Shown: positions 1 to 10,190, numbered from the stretch's first letter. The stretch is 64,000 bases of DNA from Oculatellaceae cyanobacterium bins.114 (GCA_033764315.1 JANRJA010000056.1:17515-81514); one strand, 5' to 3'. The notes: a model not told the origin generated them from the letters alone. Numbers and translations are program-made.

Positions 1-116
1 TAGATGACAAATCCAGATATCTCAGCTTACCTTTTAAGACTAAATGCCTTAGAAGTGTATTAACTTAATACATCTTTCTTGAAAGGCTGAAATTTTGAGT
101 TTTCAAAACCATATTG

Positions 117-2360
117 TTAGTCCAGCTTACTTCTATGAGCGTCTTCCCATCTTTCATACATTTCCTCAAACATTTTCTCAATTGTTTTTGCAATGTCGAG
201 TGAAATCGCGCCGTTCTCCAGTTCTTTGGTCAGCCACGTCTTAACTCGCTCCCGATAATCTTGACGGATATTGTAGGAATTAGAAATAGGAAGAGTATGC
301 TGAGATGGTACAAAACCGTTCATCTTATGAGATGACTTTGATGCCATCCAAGTTGTGTGTAAAGTGAATCCCAAACTCAACTCAGGATGAGTTAAACGGC
401 AAATTGGCTCACCACCTAAATTATCTTTTTCGGCATCAAAAATCCAAATTTCGCTATTGTTTGAAGCAAACTCATGGGACTTAAGGACAATGCAAACAAG
501 ATAACCAGCCCTATTCCCAGTAGTGTTCGCTTTGGGCACAAACTGAATAGATGTACCTAAACATCCCTCCGGAAATTGATAAAAATCCTTCAGTTCAAGA
601 CTAACGGGTAGTCCATCGTCTCCTCGGTTTAGATGAACTCTACAAATAGAAGAAGGAACTCCCTTAGCAGTCAAACCGAGCAAAGTGGAGCAATCACTAG
701 ATTTGTTCTCAGCAAAGGTGTTTAGGTCACCTAAGGGTACAATGCGCTGTTCATAATCTTTATATAAATCGAAGATGTGCTTCGACAAAATATCTGCCCA
801 ACATCCCCAGCTATTCCAATAGATATCGTCAAAGTGGCTATTTTGTTGCTCGTTGCGATAGGCATAAAAAGCGGTTGCCCAAGTGTAATCAATATCATGG
901 GCAAAATAAGAGGTAATTTTGTTCTTCTCAACATCAATGATGTGACAACCTAAACGGCTAACATCTGTAGGACCAACTACACTTCCAGCCAACCCTTGCA
1001 AATTCAACGTCAATTCTAAGTCAGTGTAGATTGATTGGTCATTCTTATGAAGTGTTTCAGCCGGATCAGTAGCACAGTTATGAGCCGCATGAAGAACAAG
1101 TTTACCGTCTGGACTGTCATAATCTACTAGGTAATGTGCCATTGGAGCATCAATGCGAAAATGGCGTGCTTTGACCGATTTTTTATAAGGCTTTAAATCA
1201 GCCCGACGAATTACATAAATATCCGTGTAGGGTAATTGCGGATAGTTGAATAAATCAGTACTTAGTGTCTCAATGTGACCAGTAGCAACTTCTTGAATAA
1301 AGGGTAAAACTTCACCAAAATCTATCTTAAATGCTGTATCTGCTAGAACAATATAATCTTTCGTAATCCCCATCTGATGCAAGGTTTGATGAAGTTTGAT
1401 AGGAAAACCCCACTTGTTCAAAACCTTCCAACGGCTGGAAGCTATTGCTAAATCAGATTGACAATTTGGAGCTTTGCCAAGCCAACGCATGAGATAAATA
1501 ACATCATCTGAAAAGCCATCGATAGCTAAAAACGCATCAATAAACGCTTTGAAAACTCTAAATCGGCGTTTAAAGGGAGATGGCTTAAGTAGTTTTAAGG
1601 CTTCTTCAAGGTGAGGTCTGAGTGAACGAGCTAAGCTCATCATGGTTGAGACTGATTTACTCACATTCACCGTGAAAAATTCGCCATTTTGCTGATTGCC
1701 TCGTGGATCAAAGCAGGGATGGGCGGTAGTAAGAAATTGAGTAAATGGAGCACCTTCTACTAGCGGCAACATTGCGCTCCATTCATCATTACTTCCTAAA
1801 GGAGCAATTACTTCAAGGGTATCAGGATCAATTTCAAAGGGACGTCCGGTATCTGAGGTAAGCAACAACCGCTCTTGAGGGTCTGTAGCAAATTGAAAGG
1901 GAACGAAGGCTGTATTGGGTTGATTACGAACCCCTAAAATAGCAAGCGTACCCTTTACAAAGGAGAATCGTCCAAAGCCACCGTTGATAAATCTCAAATC
2001 GCTAAATTCAGATTTCTCATAACTAATTCGGTCAGCATAATAGCAAGGTGGTTTAGCAATTCTCGTAGTTAAAGTGACGGCATCAGTTGAAAAATCGATC
2101 CGATAAACCATGCCATCACCATTAAATAGTGGAGTCGAACCATCGGCGGATGGCAATACAACGGGAGAACTACTGTCAGGTTGATAGGAGTCGAATGTTC
2201 CAACCGGAGAAACTAAAAAGAAATGACCTTGTAAATCAGCAGGTAAGGTTGTTTCCTCAGAAGTTAAGCCCTTATACGTTGTTAACTTGAGTGAGGTAAG
2301 CTCTTGTCGGCTGACCGAAAGAATCGCTTTAGGGAAGAATTGATAAGTAGTTTGACTCAT
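117..2360 (-). CDS. Carotenoid oxygenase (RPE65/lignostilbene dioxygenase-like) family protein, long variant
   Basis: FNGDGMVYRIDF and EIDPDTLE motifs; four candidate Fe-binding His (TAHP, LHQMG, MAHY, LHTTW). Confidence 0.85.
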   Translation of the reverse strand: MSQTTYQFFPKAILSVSRQELTSLKLTTYKGLTSEETTLPADLQGHFFLVSPVGTFDSYQPDSSSPVVLPSADGSTPLFNGDGMVYRIDFSTDAVTLTTRIAKPPCYYADRISYEKSEFSDLRFINGGFGRFSFVKGTLAILGVRNQPNTAFVPFQFATDPQERLLLTSDTGRPFEIDPDTLEVIAPLGSNDEWSAMLPLVEGAPFTQFLTTAHPCFDPRGNQQNGEFFTVNVSKSVSTMMSLARSLRPHLEEALKLLKPSPFKRRFRVFKAFIDAFLAIDGFSDDVIYLMRWLGKAPNCQSDLAIASSRWKVLNKWGFPIKLHQTLHQMGITKDYIVLADTAFKIDFGEVLPFIQEVATGHIETLSTDLFNYPQLPYTDIYVIRRADLKPYKKSVKARHFRIDAPMAHYLVDYDSPDGKLVLHAAHNCATDPAETLHKNDQSIYTDLELTLNLQGLAGSVVGPTDVSRLGCHIIDVEKNKITSYFAHDIDYTWATAFYAYRNEQQNSHFDDIYWNSWGCWADILSKHIFDLYKDYEQRIVPLGDLNTFAENKSSDCSTLLGLTAKGVPSSICRVHLNRGDDGLPVSLELKDFYQFPEGCLGTSIQFVPKANTTGNRAGYLVCIVLKSHEFASNNSEIWIFDAEKDNLGGEPICRLTHPELSLGFTLHTTWMASKSSHKMNGFVPSQHTLPISNSYNIRQDYRERVKTWLTKELENGAISLDIAKTIEKMFEEMYERWEDAHRSKLD

Positions 2361-2401
2361 AAGGGGGCGTGAGTTGTAGAAGAAAGTAGAAAATCTAGAA
2401 A

Positions 2402-2426
2402 CCCCAGCTTTTCAAGAAAACTGGGG
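2402..2426. repeat. Short palindromic REP-like repeat (CCCCAGCTTTTC-AA-GAAAACTGGGG)
   Basis: Hairpin related to the one at 5971-5995 (CCCCGACTTTTTAGAGAAATCGGGG). Confidence 0.55.
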
Positions 2427-2661
2427 ATTCCTTTATTGGTCAACGCAAACTACAGTTCTGGATTCTTGAAAGCCTGAGCGGTCTGTAGTGTTATCTACCT
2501 TTAGGGTTAGCTTATTTAGATTATGCAAAAAATAAAGAGATCAGTCTGGTGTTATGGGTTACAGCTTTGTCTGAAGCTAGCCCTTGCTAAAAGCATATGG
2601 ATAGATGTCTGTAGTTGCTTATTCAAGATTATGCGGACAATAGCTACCTTAAGCTGGTATC

Positions 2662-3381
2662 CTAGCCGACTGTTTGTCGTGGTTTAACCCCTGAAAAGCG
2701 ATCGCGAATTCGGTCTAATTCCAGTTCCATGAGATAATCAACGGCCCAATTTGCCTGACGTTGCATCATGTGAAACGGGTAAGTGTTTGCCACACCAACA
2801 ACTTGGATGCCAGCTCGTTTTGCGGCTTCGATTCCAGCAAAGGTGTCTTCGATCGCCAGACATTCATTCGGTTGTAACAGCAAGTCAGGAAACTGCTGAT
2901 TGAGGCGTTTAACGGCCAACAGATATCCTTCAGGTTCTGGTTTGCTCTGAGTAATTTCATCTCCTGCCACAATCACTGAAAAGTGTTGAGCAAGCTGCGA
3001 TCGCTCTAACACCAATTCGATTTCAGCTCGTACCGCACCGCTAACGACTGCCATCTTAATCTGGGATGACCGTAACTGAAAGATTAAATCAGTTAAACCA
3101 GGATAAATCGGCAGCTTGTCGATCGCCTGGAGTTGTTGCTGATAGGCGCGTGATTTACGAGCAATCAGGTCGTTTAGATATTTGTCAGTCACAACCCGAC
3201 CCCGTTGAGTCAACAGATCGGTTAAACAGGCGCGATCGCTCCGGCCCACACAAGTCTGCCAATATTCCTCTGGTTTGGGGCGCAGATTTTCTTCGATTAG
3301 CAATTGGTCAATCAGTTTTTGGTGCAATGGCTCATCGTTGATGATGATGCCATTAAAGTCAAATAAGACGGCTTTTAGCAT
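2662..3381 (-). CDS. HAD-superfamily phosphatase (beta-PGM/CbbY-like)
   Basis: LFDFNG motif I, KPEPEGY, IEDTFAGIEAA. Confidence 0.9.
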   Translation of the reverse strand: MLKAVLFDFNGIIINDEPLHQKLIDQLLIEENLRPKPEEYWQTCVGRSDRACLTDLLTQRGRVVTDKYLNDLIARKSRAYQQQLQAIDKLPIYPGLTDLIFQLRSSQIKMAVVSGAVRAEIELVLERSQLAQHFSVIVAGDEITQSKPEPEGYLLAVKRLNQQFPDLLLQPNECLAIEDTFAGIEAAKRAGIQVVGVANTYPFHMMQRQANWAVDYLMELELDRIRDRFSGVKPRQTVG

Positions 3382-3391
3382 GGTTCACCAA

Positions 3392-4255
3392 CTATCCCAT
3401 CGCCCACTGTTCTTCGCCTGTTGCTTCATATCTTACCCACTCTGGCGATCGCCCTGGCAATGGTTTAACACCTCGTGTCGTTTGATGAATGCCCCAAACG
3501 GTTTCAGTTTGCACCGCCGCAAACCCGGCACTACCCATCCAAGCATCCACACTGCCTGCGGCAAAATCTTGAATATAAGGTTCCTCAAAAATTTCCATCA
3601 ACCAGGGTGTGTGCCTCAACATTCCTTGGTTGCCGTCTAACACCACCACCTCACCCCCAACGGTTAGCAGGCGAAATGCCTCTCGCAAAATCTGTTTTGA
3701 GATGTCAGGAGGGGTTTCATGAAACAGCAGGGATGCCGTAACCAGATCAAAGCTGGCATCAGGGAAACCTGTTTTTTCTGCGTTGCCATGCCGAAACTGA
3801 ATAGGCAGTTTAGCCACTTGAGCTTTATCCTCAGCAACCACCAGCATGTAGGGCGACAGATCAACCCCTATGACCTCTGCTTCTGGAAAGGTCGTCTTTA
3901 ATAAGCGGGTAGTGGTACCCGTGCCACAGCCTAAATCAAGAATGCGCCGAGGTTGCCCTTGAATGCAATCGATTAAACTTTGTCGTACCCATTCCTCTTT
4001 AGGTGGCAGCGCATATTGGGTGATGGGGTCATAGGAAACGGCGGCACTGATGGTGAGATAGCCCCCCTCAATGCTATGGAAGTTTTGAGAACGGTAGTAA
4101 TCGGGGTAAACAACGGTGGAATCTGTCAGGCGATCGCACTCTTGTTGCCAATCTTTGCTCTCGTAATAGCGTTGTAACGCATCCCGGTCGATCAAAAAGT
4201 TTTTGACAATGGGAGCCAGAAACCGTTCAAAAATGGTATCTTTCCGAACCGCCAT
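3392..4255 (-). CDS. Class I SAM-dependent methyltransferase
   Basis: ILDLGCGTG, GVDLSPYML, SFDLV motifs. Confidence 0.9.
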   Translation of the reverse strand: MAVRKDTIFERFLAPIVKNFLIDRDALQRYYESKDWQQECDRLTDSTVVYPDYYRSQNFHSIEGGYLTISAAVSYDPITQYALPPKEEWVRQSLIDCIQGQPRRILDLGCGTGTTTRLLKTTFPEAEVIGVDLSPYMLVVAEDKAQVAKLPIQFRHGNAEKTGFPDASFDLVTASLLFHETPPDISKQILREAFRLLTVGGEVVVLDGNQGMLRHTPWLMEIFEEPYIQDFAAGSVDAWMGSAGFAAVQTETVWGIHQTTRGVKPLPGRSPEWVRYEATGEEQWAMG

Positions 4256-4333
4256 AGAAATACCTGGGGTGAATGGTTGTCTTTATAGAGGTCTTTACAG
4301 AGGTATTTACAAAGTGTAATAAATTCTTCGCCA

Positions 4334-5656
4334 TTAGAACATCATGCAACTGACACAGCCGCAATAGCTATAAGACGAGGGTTGCGATCGCCCCTGAGCT
4401 GGGTCGGCTCTCGTCATCGGAGTGAGCTGACTTAGTAAAGCAGGCATCGTCAGTAAAGCAGGCATCGTACGAGCAGACACCTGACGCACACCGTCATTGA
4501 GCACCGGATTTTGTACAGCCCCGTTGTAGTTAACGGTGTAGCCAATGTCATCTAAAACTAGCAGATCAACAACGTTGGGCAGCCGCCGCTCTCCTCGCGC
4601 AAATTGGGGAGCCATCACCGCTTCTCCTGACGTTCCCAAGCGATAGGCACTCTGAACATGCCCGCGATCGCTAGACAGCGCAATTCCCGCACTCCCCGCA
4701 AAAAACCGAGTGGCCTCTCCAATAAAGTTAAATCCACTAACTTTGGCATCAAACGCATTACTGGTGCCAAACCCCAAGACGTGCCCAATCTCGTGAGTCG
4801 CAACAGATAAAAAGTCGATGCGATCGCTTGGAATGTCACTGCTTGTGCTTGGGGTGGCATCAAAGAACCAGTTTGTTGTCAGATCAAATGCCATCGTGCC
4901 AATCCACGGTTCAAAATTAGTGGTGCCATATCGAGGAGTTCCAGAGGTGTCAAGAGCTGGTCCTGACAAAGCCAGGGTTGTACCTGCACTTCCCCCTAAC
5001 TCTCTAGCACCGACAAAAATCAATACATCATCAATCACACTGCTGTTGCTGAAATTATCTACATTCAGTCCAGTCTCCGGGTTCGTAAAGCGACGCACCT
5101 CCGTGGCGATTGGAGTATCTGCAAACTCATCCTGAATCAAGTTCTCCCAAACAGTTGCGACTGATTCTAATGCCTGTCGCTTCTCAGGTGTAAACCAACC
5201 CCTCGTGTCAAAGCGATAGTCAAATTGAATGTTAAACGGTCGAGATGGAGTGTTGGCAGGAGAGTTAGAAGGTGGATCGATCGTCGGACTCGGCAAAGGG
5301 GCAGAATTTAGCGATGCTGCCAATCTGAGCACATAACCAGTATTGTCTAGCTCAGTGCGGGGCGTAACTTGCACGTAATAAACGCCAATCGCTAAGGCTC
5401 TCCGAATCGCTTCCGATCGCCTGCCACTGCGTGCCGATCGCGCCAACACTTTGCCTCGGTTATTCAATAGAGCCAGGTCGGTGTTTGCCCCTAATGGAGT
5501 TAGCGCGATATTGACCGTACTTGAACCGTTAAGTCGAAAACGGTAGAAGTCAACGCGATCGCCACGATTGACTAAATCTCTCAACACCACAGCCTTTGAG
5601 AGTAAACCGAGATTTCTAGATAACCGAAGTGTATTCCCTGCTCGATCGGCAACCAT
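4334..5656 (-). CDS. PPC-domain zinc metallopeptidase
   Basis: N-terminal pre-peptidase (PPC)-like domain (DFYRFRL...DLALLN...GVYYVQV); HEIGHVLGF zinc motif; downstream AVMAP Met-turn-like segment. Confidence 0.8.
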   Translation of the reverse strand: MVADRAGNTLRLSRNLGLLSKAVVLRDLVNRGDRVDFYRFRLNGSSTVNIALTPLGANTDLALLNNRGKVLARSARSGRRSEAIRRALAIGVYYVQVTPRTELDNTGYVLRLAASLNSAPLPSPTIDPPSNSPANTPSRPFNIQFDYRFDTRGWFTPEKRQALESVATVWENLIQDEFADTPIATEVRRFTNPETGLNVDNFSNSSVIDDVLIFVGARELGGSAGTTLALSGPALDTSGTPRYGTTNFEPWIGTMAFDLTTNWFFDATPSTSSDIPSDRIDFLSVATHEIGHVLGFGTSNAFDAKVSGFNFIGEATRFFAGSAGIALSSDRGHVQSAYRLGTSGEAVMAPQFARGERRLPNVVDLLVLDDIGYTVNYNGAVQNPVLNDGVRQVSARTMPALLTMPALLSQLTPMTRADPAQGRSQPSSYSYCGCVSCMMF

Positions 5657-5970
5657 GATGCATTTTCAAAACTCAACTGTATAGCGAGAAAGAGAGGGCG
5701 ATCGCTACAATAACTTGCATCCAGGCTCTAGCAGGCTTAATCAACAAACTCAATCAGCAGGCTGAATTAAACAGAGACATTAGAACAGCTAAGCTTGGGC
5801 AAATGGAGGTATCAAAAGGTCATCAACAACGGCATTTCGCCCGATGTGATGTCTTCATTCTTGCAATAGCGGGGGCTATCCGACTCCTATTATCTTACTT
5901 TCTACATCTACAATGCAGCGATATCAGAATTCAAAGGGCACAACAGGGGTGAAACTTAAAAGCCCAAATT

Positions 5971-5995
5971 CCCCGACTTTTTAGAGAAATCGGGG
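5971..5995. repeat. Short palindromic REP-like repeat
   Basis: CCCCGACTTTTTAGAGAAATCGGGG hairpin, same family as 2402-2426. Confidence 0.55.
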
Positions 5996-6036
5996 ATTGG
6001 GTAGCCATGATTAAATTCATTTATCCGATGTAACGC

Positions 6037-6321
6037 TTAATAGTTGTAACGTTCATCGATCCACACTCTGACTTCTGTTTCAGAGTGAAAGACAGACGTC
6101 TGATGAGTACTGGGGTCATACACATTCCAAAGAATGTCACCCGCCTGATCTTGAGTCTGCCAAATCTGAGGTTCTGACGTACCAGAGAGGTGGGCAACAA
6201 AATTGCTTACAGTTTGGCTGACAGAGGCGGCCAAACCAGACTTCACAAATGGTTTTTGAGCTGATAAGGTAGAATTTGAATCAGTGTGTTGGCTACCCAA
6301 GAGGTATGCATCTGCTCTCAT
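6037..6321 (-). CDS. Small cyanobacterial hypothetical protein
   Basis: C-terminal EPQIWQ...WNVYDP...SETEVRVWIDERY pattern familiar from cyanobacterial small proteins; GGGAG RBS upstream; divergent from LysR. Confidence 0.75.
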   Translation of the reverse strand: MRADAYLLGSQHTDSNSTLSAQKPFVKSGLAASVSQTVSNFVAHLSGTSEPQIWQTQDQAGDILWNVYDPSTHQTSVFHSETEVRVWIDERYNY

Positions 6322-6424
6322 TTCATTGACTCCCGTTAGATTGGTTTGAAGTAGACAGTGATTTAAGGCTTGCCGTCTACATCTATCACTCTATTCACTT
6401 CCCAACAGATAATCAAAAGGAAGT

Positions 6425-6439
6425 ATGAATGGAATTCAT
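6425..6439. promoter_or_regulatory. LysR-type binding site (T-N11-A inside perfect inverted repeat ATGAAT-GGA-ATTCAT)
   Basis: Perfect 6-bp IR with T6426...A6438 spacing, located in the divergent promoter of the LysR gene. Confidence 0.6.
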
Positions 6440-6519
6440 GAACAAAATTGATGGATGACCATCGATCGAGTATCAATTCGCAGTACGGGACGATCAGATT
6501 CATTCTGAGGTGAGGGTAG

Positions 6520-7476
6520 ATGAGAGAAGTCAACCGGGATGGCGTTAAATTGTCTCAATTGCGTGCTTTGGTAACTGTTGCAGAGCATGGGAATTTTAGC
6601 GAGGCAGCACTGCACTTAGCGGTGTCTCAATCTGCGATTAGTCATGCGATCGCCAGCTTAGAACAAGAGTTGGGCGTTATCTTGTTATCGCGAGGTCGTC
6701 ATGGTGCTCGGTTAACTCCGGTTGGTGAGCGCATCACGCAGCACGCTCAGGAAATGCTGCAATTGCTCGACACCATCGGCAAAGAAGCCAATCGCTCGAA
6801 GGGGTTGCAAGGGGGTGAAGTGCGCATCTCCTGCTTCCGTAGTGTGGCAACTCACGTGCTACCCGAAATCATGGCAGAGTTTCGTAGTGCTTACCCAGCG
6901 ATCGCCATTACCCTCAACGAATATCGCGGCAACGAAGGGGGGTATGATGGCATCGAGCAATCTTTGCGAGAAGGAAAAGCCGATATTGGGTTTACCTGTC
7001 TCCCACCGTCTCCTGAGTTTGATACCCAGGAATTGATGCGCGATGAATATGTCGTGCTTTGTCCGCCTCAGTGGGCTATTCCTCATTCCCTCTGTTGGGA
7101 CGATATCCGCAACTATCCCATCATCTTGCCCCCTGATGATGACTATTGCTCTGTCCTAATTCGCAATCACTTTAACAAGCTCATTCAACCCCTCAATGCT
7201 CTGTACAAGATCAAAGAAGATTCGACGATCGTCAGCATGGTGTCTCAAGGGTTGGGGATCACCGTTATGGCACGCTTGGCCGCAGAACCTCTGCCTCCCG
7301 AAATTCAGGTGCGGCGTTTGCCCGTGCCTCTAGACCGGATCATTAATGTTGTGACGTTAACCGATGCGCTCCATCCTCCAGCGGTCTATGCTTTTCTAGA
7401 AACGCTTAAACGAGTCAATCGCTCACCTCACCACCCTCCTCAAGTCTCAATGAGCGATCGCCTCAAAACAGCATAA
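6520..7476 (+). CDS. LysR family transcriptional regulator
   Basis: N-terminal HTH (GNFSEAALHLAVSQSAISHAIASLEQELGV) plus substrate-binding domain. Confidence 0.95.
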   Translation: MREVNRDGVKLSQLRALVTVAEHGNFSEAALHLAVSQSAISHAIASLEQELGVILLSRGRHGARLTPVGERITQHAQEMLQLLDTIGKEANRSKGLQGGEVRISCFRSVATHVLPEIMAEFRSAYPAIAITLNEYRGNEGGYDGIEQSLREGKADIGFTCLPPSPEFDTQELMRDEYVVLCPPQWAIPHSLCWDDIRNYPIILPPDDDYCSVLIRNHFNKLIQPLNALYKIKEDSTIVSMVSQGLGITVMARLAAEPLPPEIQVRRLPVPLDRIINVVTLTDALHPPAVYAFLETLKRVNRSPHHPPQVSMSDRLKTA

Positions 7477-7532
7477 AAATAGCAGAGGGTGGCGGCGGTT
7501 GAAACCGCCAAAATTTTGATCTCAACCTCACG

Positions 7533-9212
7533 CTATACGCGAGGGCTGTCAGGCATTTCAGAATGACTGGCTTGAATGATGGGTTTAATTTCGTTGTAAA
7601 ACGCTTCCCAGTTCGCCACGGCTGAGGGGTTGGGTTCTGCACCCCACTGCAATAATGCAGCCCCATCTTGAAAATCAATGAGTTGATATCGAGAGGTTTC
7701 AGTGATGCGTGTGAGGCGATCGCTCAAAAATTTCAAGAAGTTTAAATCGTTGAAAAACGCGGGTTGATATTGCAACGGGTACCACAAATCCATCACGATG
7801 TACTCGACCCGTGAGTCTTTGCGATCGTCTCCTCGAATCCGCAATTCTGGAAAGCGTACCACTTCGCGTCGGTTAGACAGGTGTGACACGATATGCCCTG
7901 TAGCTGACACACTGGCCTCAGCAGGGATTTGCCCTAGTAGTTGACGAATGGCCTGAGAATGGTGCAGTTGACGCCCCGCAGTAATGTAAACCCACGGTCG
8001 AAACGAATCTGGAAAAACGACTGAAAACGCCCGATTGGGATTAGACGTTAGGGTAAACAACAGTGCCAATCCCAAGCACCCCACCCAAAATCGACGAAAC
8101 CAGGGCTTAAAGTGCAACGGATGTTTAGACCACCACAAAATCGTGCCGTAAAACAAGCCAGGAATAACCGCCAAGGCATAGCGCAACTGGAGTGACAAAG
8201 CATCTGGATCGTTTTGAATCAAGATATTGAATAGGGGTACCCCCGCTAACACCCAGGCACTGATTGAGATAGAAGGGATAAATGCCAAAGGAACCCAATA
8301 TCCCAAAAAATAATTTAGCGTGCGATTGAACGGCATCACCACTTCTCGCACAGTGCGCACTGGGTCTTGCAGAATACCTTTCAGCACATCCAGGGTCGAA
8401 GGATTATCAACCCCCTGCACAAACTGACCATACTGCTCAACCATAAATCGTCGCCCAATATCGTTGGCAAACGACGGCATGACAACATTGGTCACAGTGA
8501 CAACATAGACCACACTGACGGCACACAAGCCCAAACCAATGCGCGGAAACCGACGGCTCACCATCAGATAGATACCAATGCCAAACAGCACAATGCCTGC
8601 GTCTTCACGAACTGCAAGGGTTAATGCGGCTAGCGTGACAAACAACCACCACCAGCGTTTTTCTAACGCTAATAGCAATCCAAAAATATAGAGCGGCACT
8701 TGAGAAAAGTCGTGAAAATTAGCGACCGTAGGGCCAATGACCGCATTGCCACAGTAGTAACTGATGGTGATCAGAGCAGAGAGGTGAGGGGGGTGATAAT
8801 GTCGTGCCAGAGCATATAACACAAACCCTGCCAGCGTGATGAGCGTTACTTGAAGGATCGAAAGCCCTGCCGGAGATTGAAACAAGGCGTAAACGGGCAG
8901 CCATAGCAGCAGGCTTGGGGTGAAGTGTTGAGCTAGCCGTTGATAGACTACATCAGGCACGGCTCCGTCATACAGTACGGCACTCGACTCAGTGGACGAA
9001 AGAGAGCTTTGAAAGAAACGACCGTGCAGGCTGTTCCAAAACACCTGATTAAAGATGCCCTGGTCAAACGACACATCCGACGGGAAAAAATTATAAAACC
9101 GCCATAGCACTAGCCCAGTGCAGATGACCCAAAAGAGAGCCGCCGCGATCGCCACCGACCGCAACCCCGGGTTTTTCTGCCAAATCTTCATCGAGTCACT
9201 CCTCAAATCCAC
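7533..9212 (-). CDS. DUF2079-type polytopic membrane protein (GT-C-like)
   Basis: FDQGIFNQVFWN, QHFTP, NFHD, VREDA motifs; many TM segments. Confidence 0.8.
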   Translation of the reverse strand: MDLRSDSMKIWQKNPGLRSVAIAAALFWVICTGLVLWRFYNFFPSDVSFDQGIFNQVFWNSLHGRFFQSSLSSTESSAVLYDGAVPDVVYQRLAQHFTPSLLLWLPVYALFQSPAGLSILQVTLITLAGFVLYALARHYHPPHLSALITISYYCGNAVIGPTVANFHDFSQVPLYIFGLLLALEKRWWWLFVTLAALTLAVREDAGIVLFGIGIYLMVSRRFPRIGLGLCAVSVVYVVTVTNVVMPSFANDIGRRFMVEQYGQFVQGVDNPSTLDVLKGILQDPVRTVREVVMPFNRTLNYFLGYWVPLAFIPSISISAWVLAGVPLFNILIQNDPDALSLQLRYALAVIPGLFYGTILWWSKHPLHFKPWFRRFWVGCLGLALLFTLTSNPNRAFSVVFPDSFRPWVYITAGRQLHHSQAIRQLLGQIPAEASVSATGHIVSHLSNRREVVRFPELRIRGDDRKDSRVEYIVMDLWYPLQYQPAFFNDLNFLKFLSDRLTRITETSRYQLIDFQDGAALLQWGAEPNPSAVANWEAFYNEIKPIIQASHSEMPDSPRV

Positions 9213-9323
9213 TCACTACCCTCTCATGTCTCTGGTGATTACTCAAGATACTTGGCTGGAGGTGCAAGCGTGAATTAATTCAGAGACAATAGACAATGTT
9301 CTCTCGATCAAAACGAAACAGGC

Positions 9324-10190
9324 ATGGATCAGGAATTGATTCAGCTTTTAGTGAATGGAGTTGCCGTTGGCAGCATTTTAGCGTTGTCAGCCGTGGGGCT
9401 AACCCTGACCTATGGCATTTTGCGGTTAGCTAACTTTGCCCACGGTGATTTCATGACCTTAGGCGCGTTTCTGACCTTGATGGTCAACCGATTTGGGGTC
9501 AATATCTGGCTGTCAGTTGCATCAGGAGCCTTACTCACCATTGCAGTTGCCCTGCTGACCGAAAAACTCATCTGGCTTCCCATGCGCGATCGCCGTGCAT
9601 CTCCCACGACCTTAATCATCATCTCAATCGGTCTGGCTTTGTTTCTTCGCAATGGCATTATTCTGCTGTGGGGTGCAGACAACCAGAAATATGACCTGCC
9701 CGTTTTGAGTACCATTGATCTGTTTAGTATCAAAATCTCTCAAAGCCGTCTAATCGTGGTTGCACTGGCATTCCTGGTGATTTTGGGGTTGCATTTCTTA
9801 CTGCAAAACACCAAGATTGGCAAAGCGATGCGAGCGGTCGCAGATAACGTTGACCTGGCTCGTGTCTCTGGCATTAATGTCGAGCGCATTGTGATCTGGA
9901 CTTGGGTTCTAGCCGCAGGGCTAACTGCTATTGGGGGTGGCATGTATGGGTTAATTACGGCAGTCCGCCCCAACATGGGTTGGTTTCTAATTCTGCCCAT
10001 GTTTGCATCCGTGATCTTAGGAGGCATTGGCAATCCCTATGGGGCGATCGCCGGAGCTTACGTCATCGGCATCACTCAGGAAATCAGCACTTATTTTATT
10101 CCTTCAGAATATAAGCTAGGAGTTGCCCTGATCCTCATGGTGGTGGTATTGCTGGTTCGCCCTCAAGGGCTATTTAGAGGAACCTTTTGA
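9324..10190 (+). CDS. Branched-chain/neutral amino acid ABC transporter permease (LivH/NatD-like)
   Basis: GLTLTYGILRLANFAHGDF, GKAMRAVADN, ILGGIGNPYGA, RPQGLF. Confidence 0.92.
   Translation: MDQELIQLLVNGVAVGSILALSAVGLTLTYGILRLANFAHGDFMTLGAFLTLMVNRFGVNIWLSVASGALLTIAVALLTEKLIWLPMRDRRASPTTLIIISIGLALFLRNGIILLWGADNQKYDLPVLSTIDLFSIKISQSRLIVVALAFLVILGLHFLLQNTKIGKAMRAVADNVDLARVSGINVERIVIWTWVLAAGLTAIGGGMYGLITAVRPNMGWFLILPMFASVILGGIGNPYGAIAGAYVIGITQEISTYFIPSEYKLGVALILMVVVLLVRPQGLFRGTF

Noticed and set aside
2485..2498. Perfect GTA-N8-TAC (NtcA-like) site upstream of the oxygenase
   Set aside because: No -10 box at the canonical 22-23 nt spacing, and a 6-bp pattern is expected many times by chance in 64 kb
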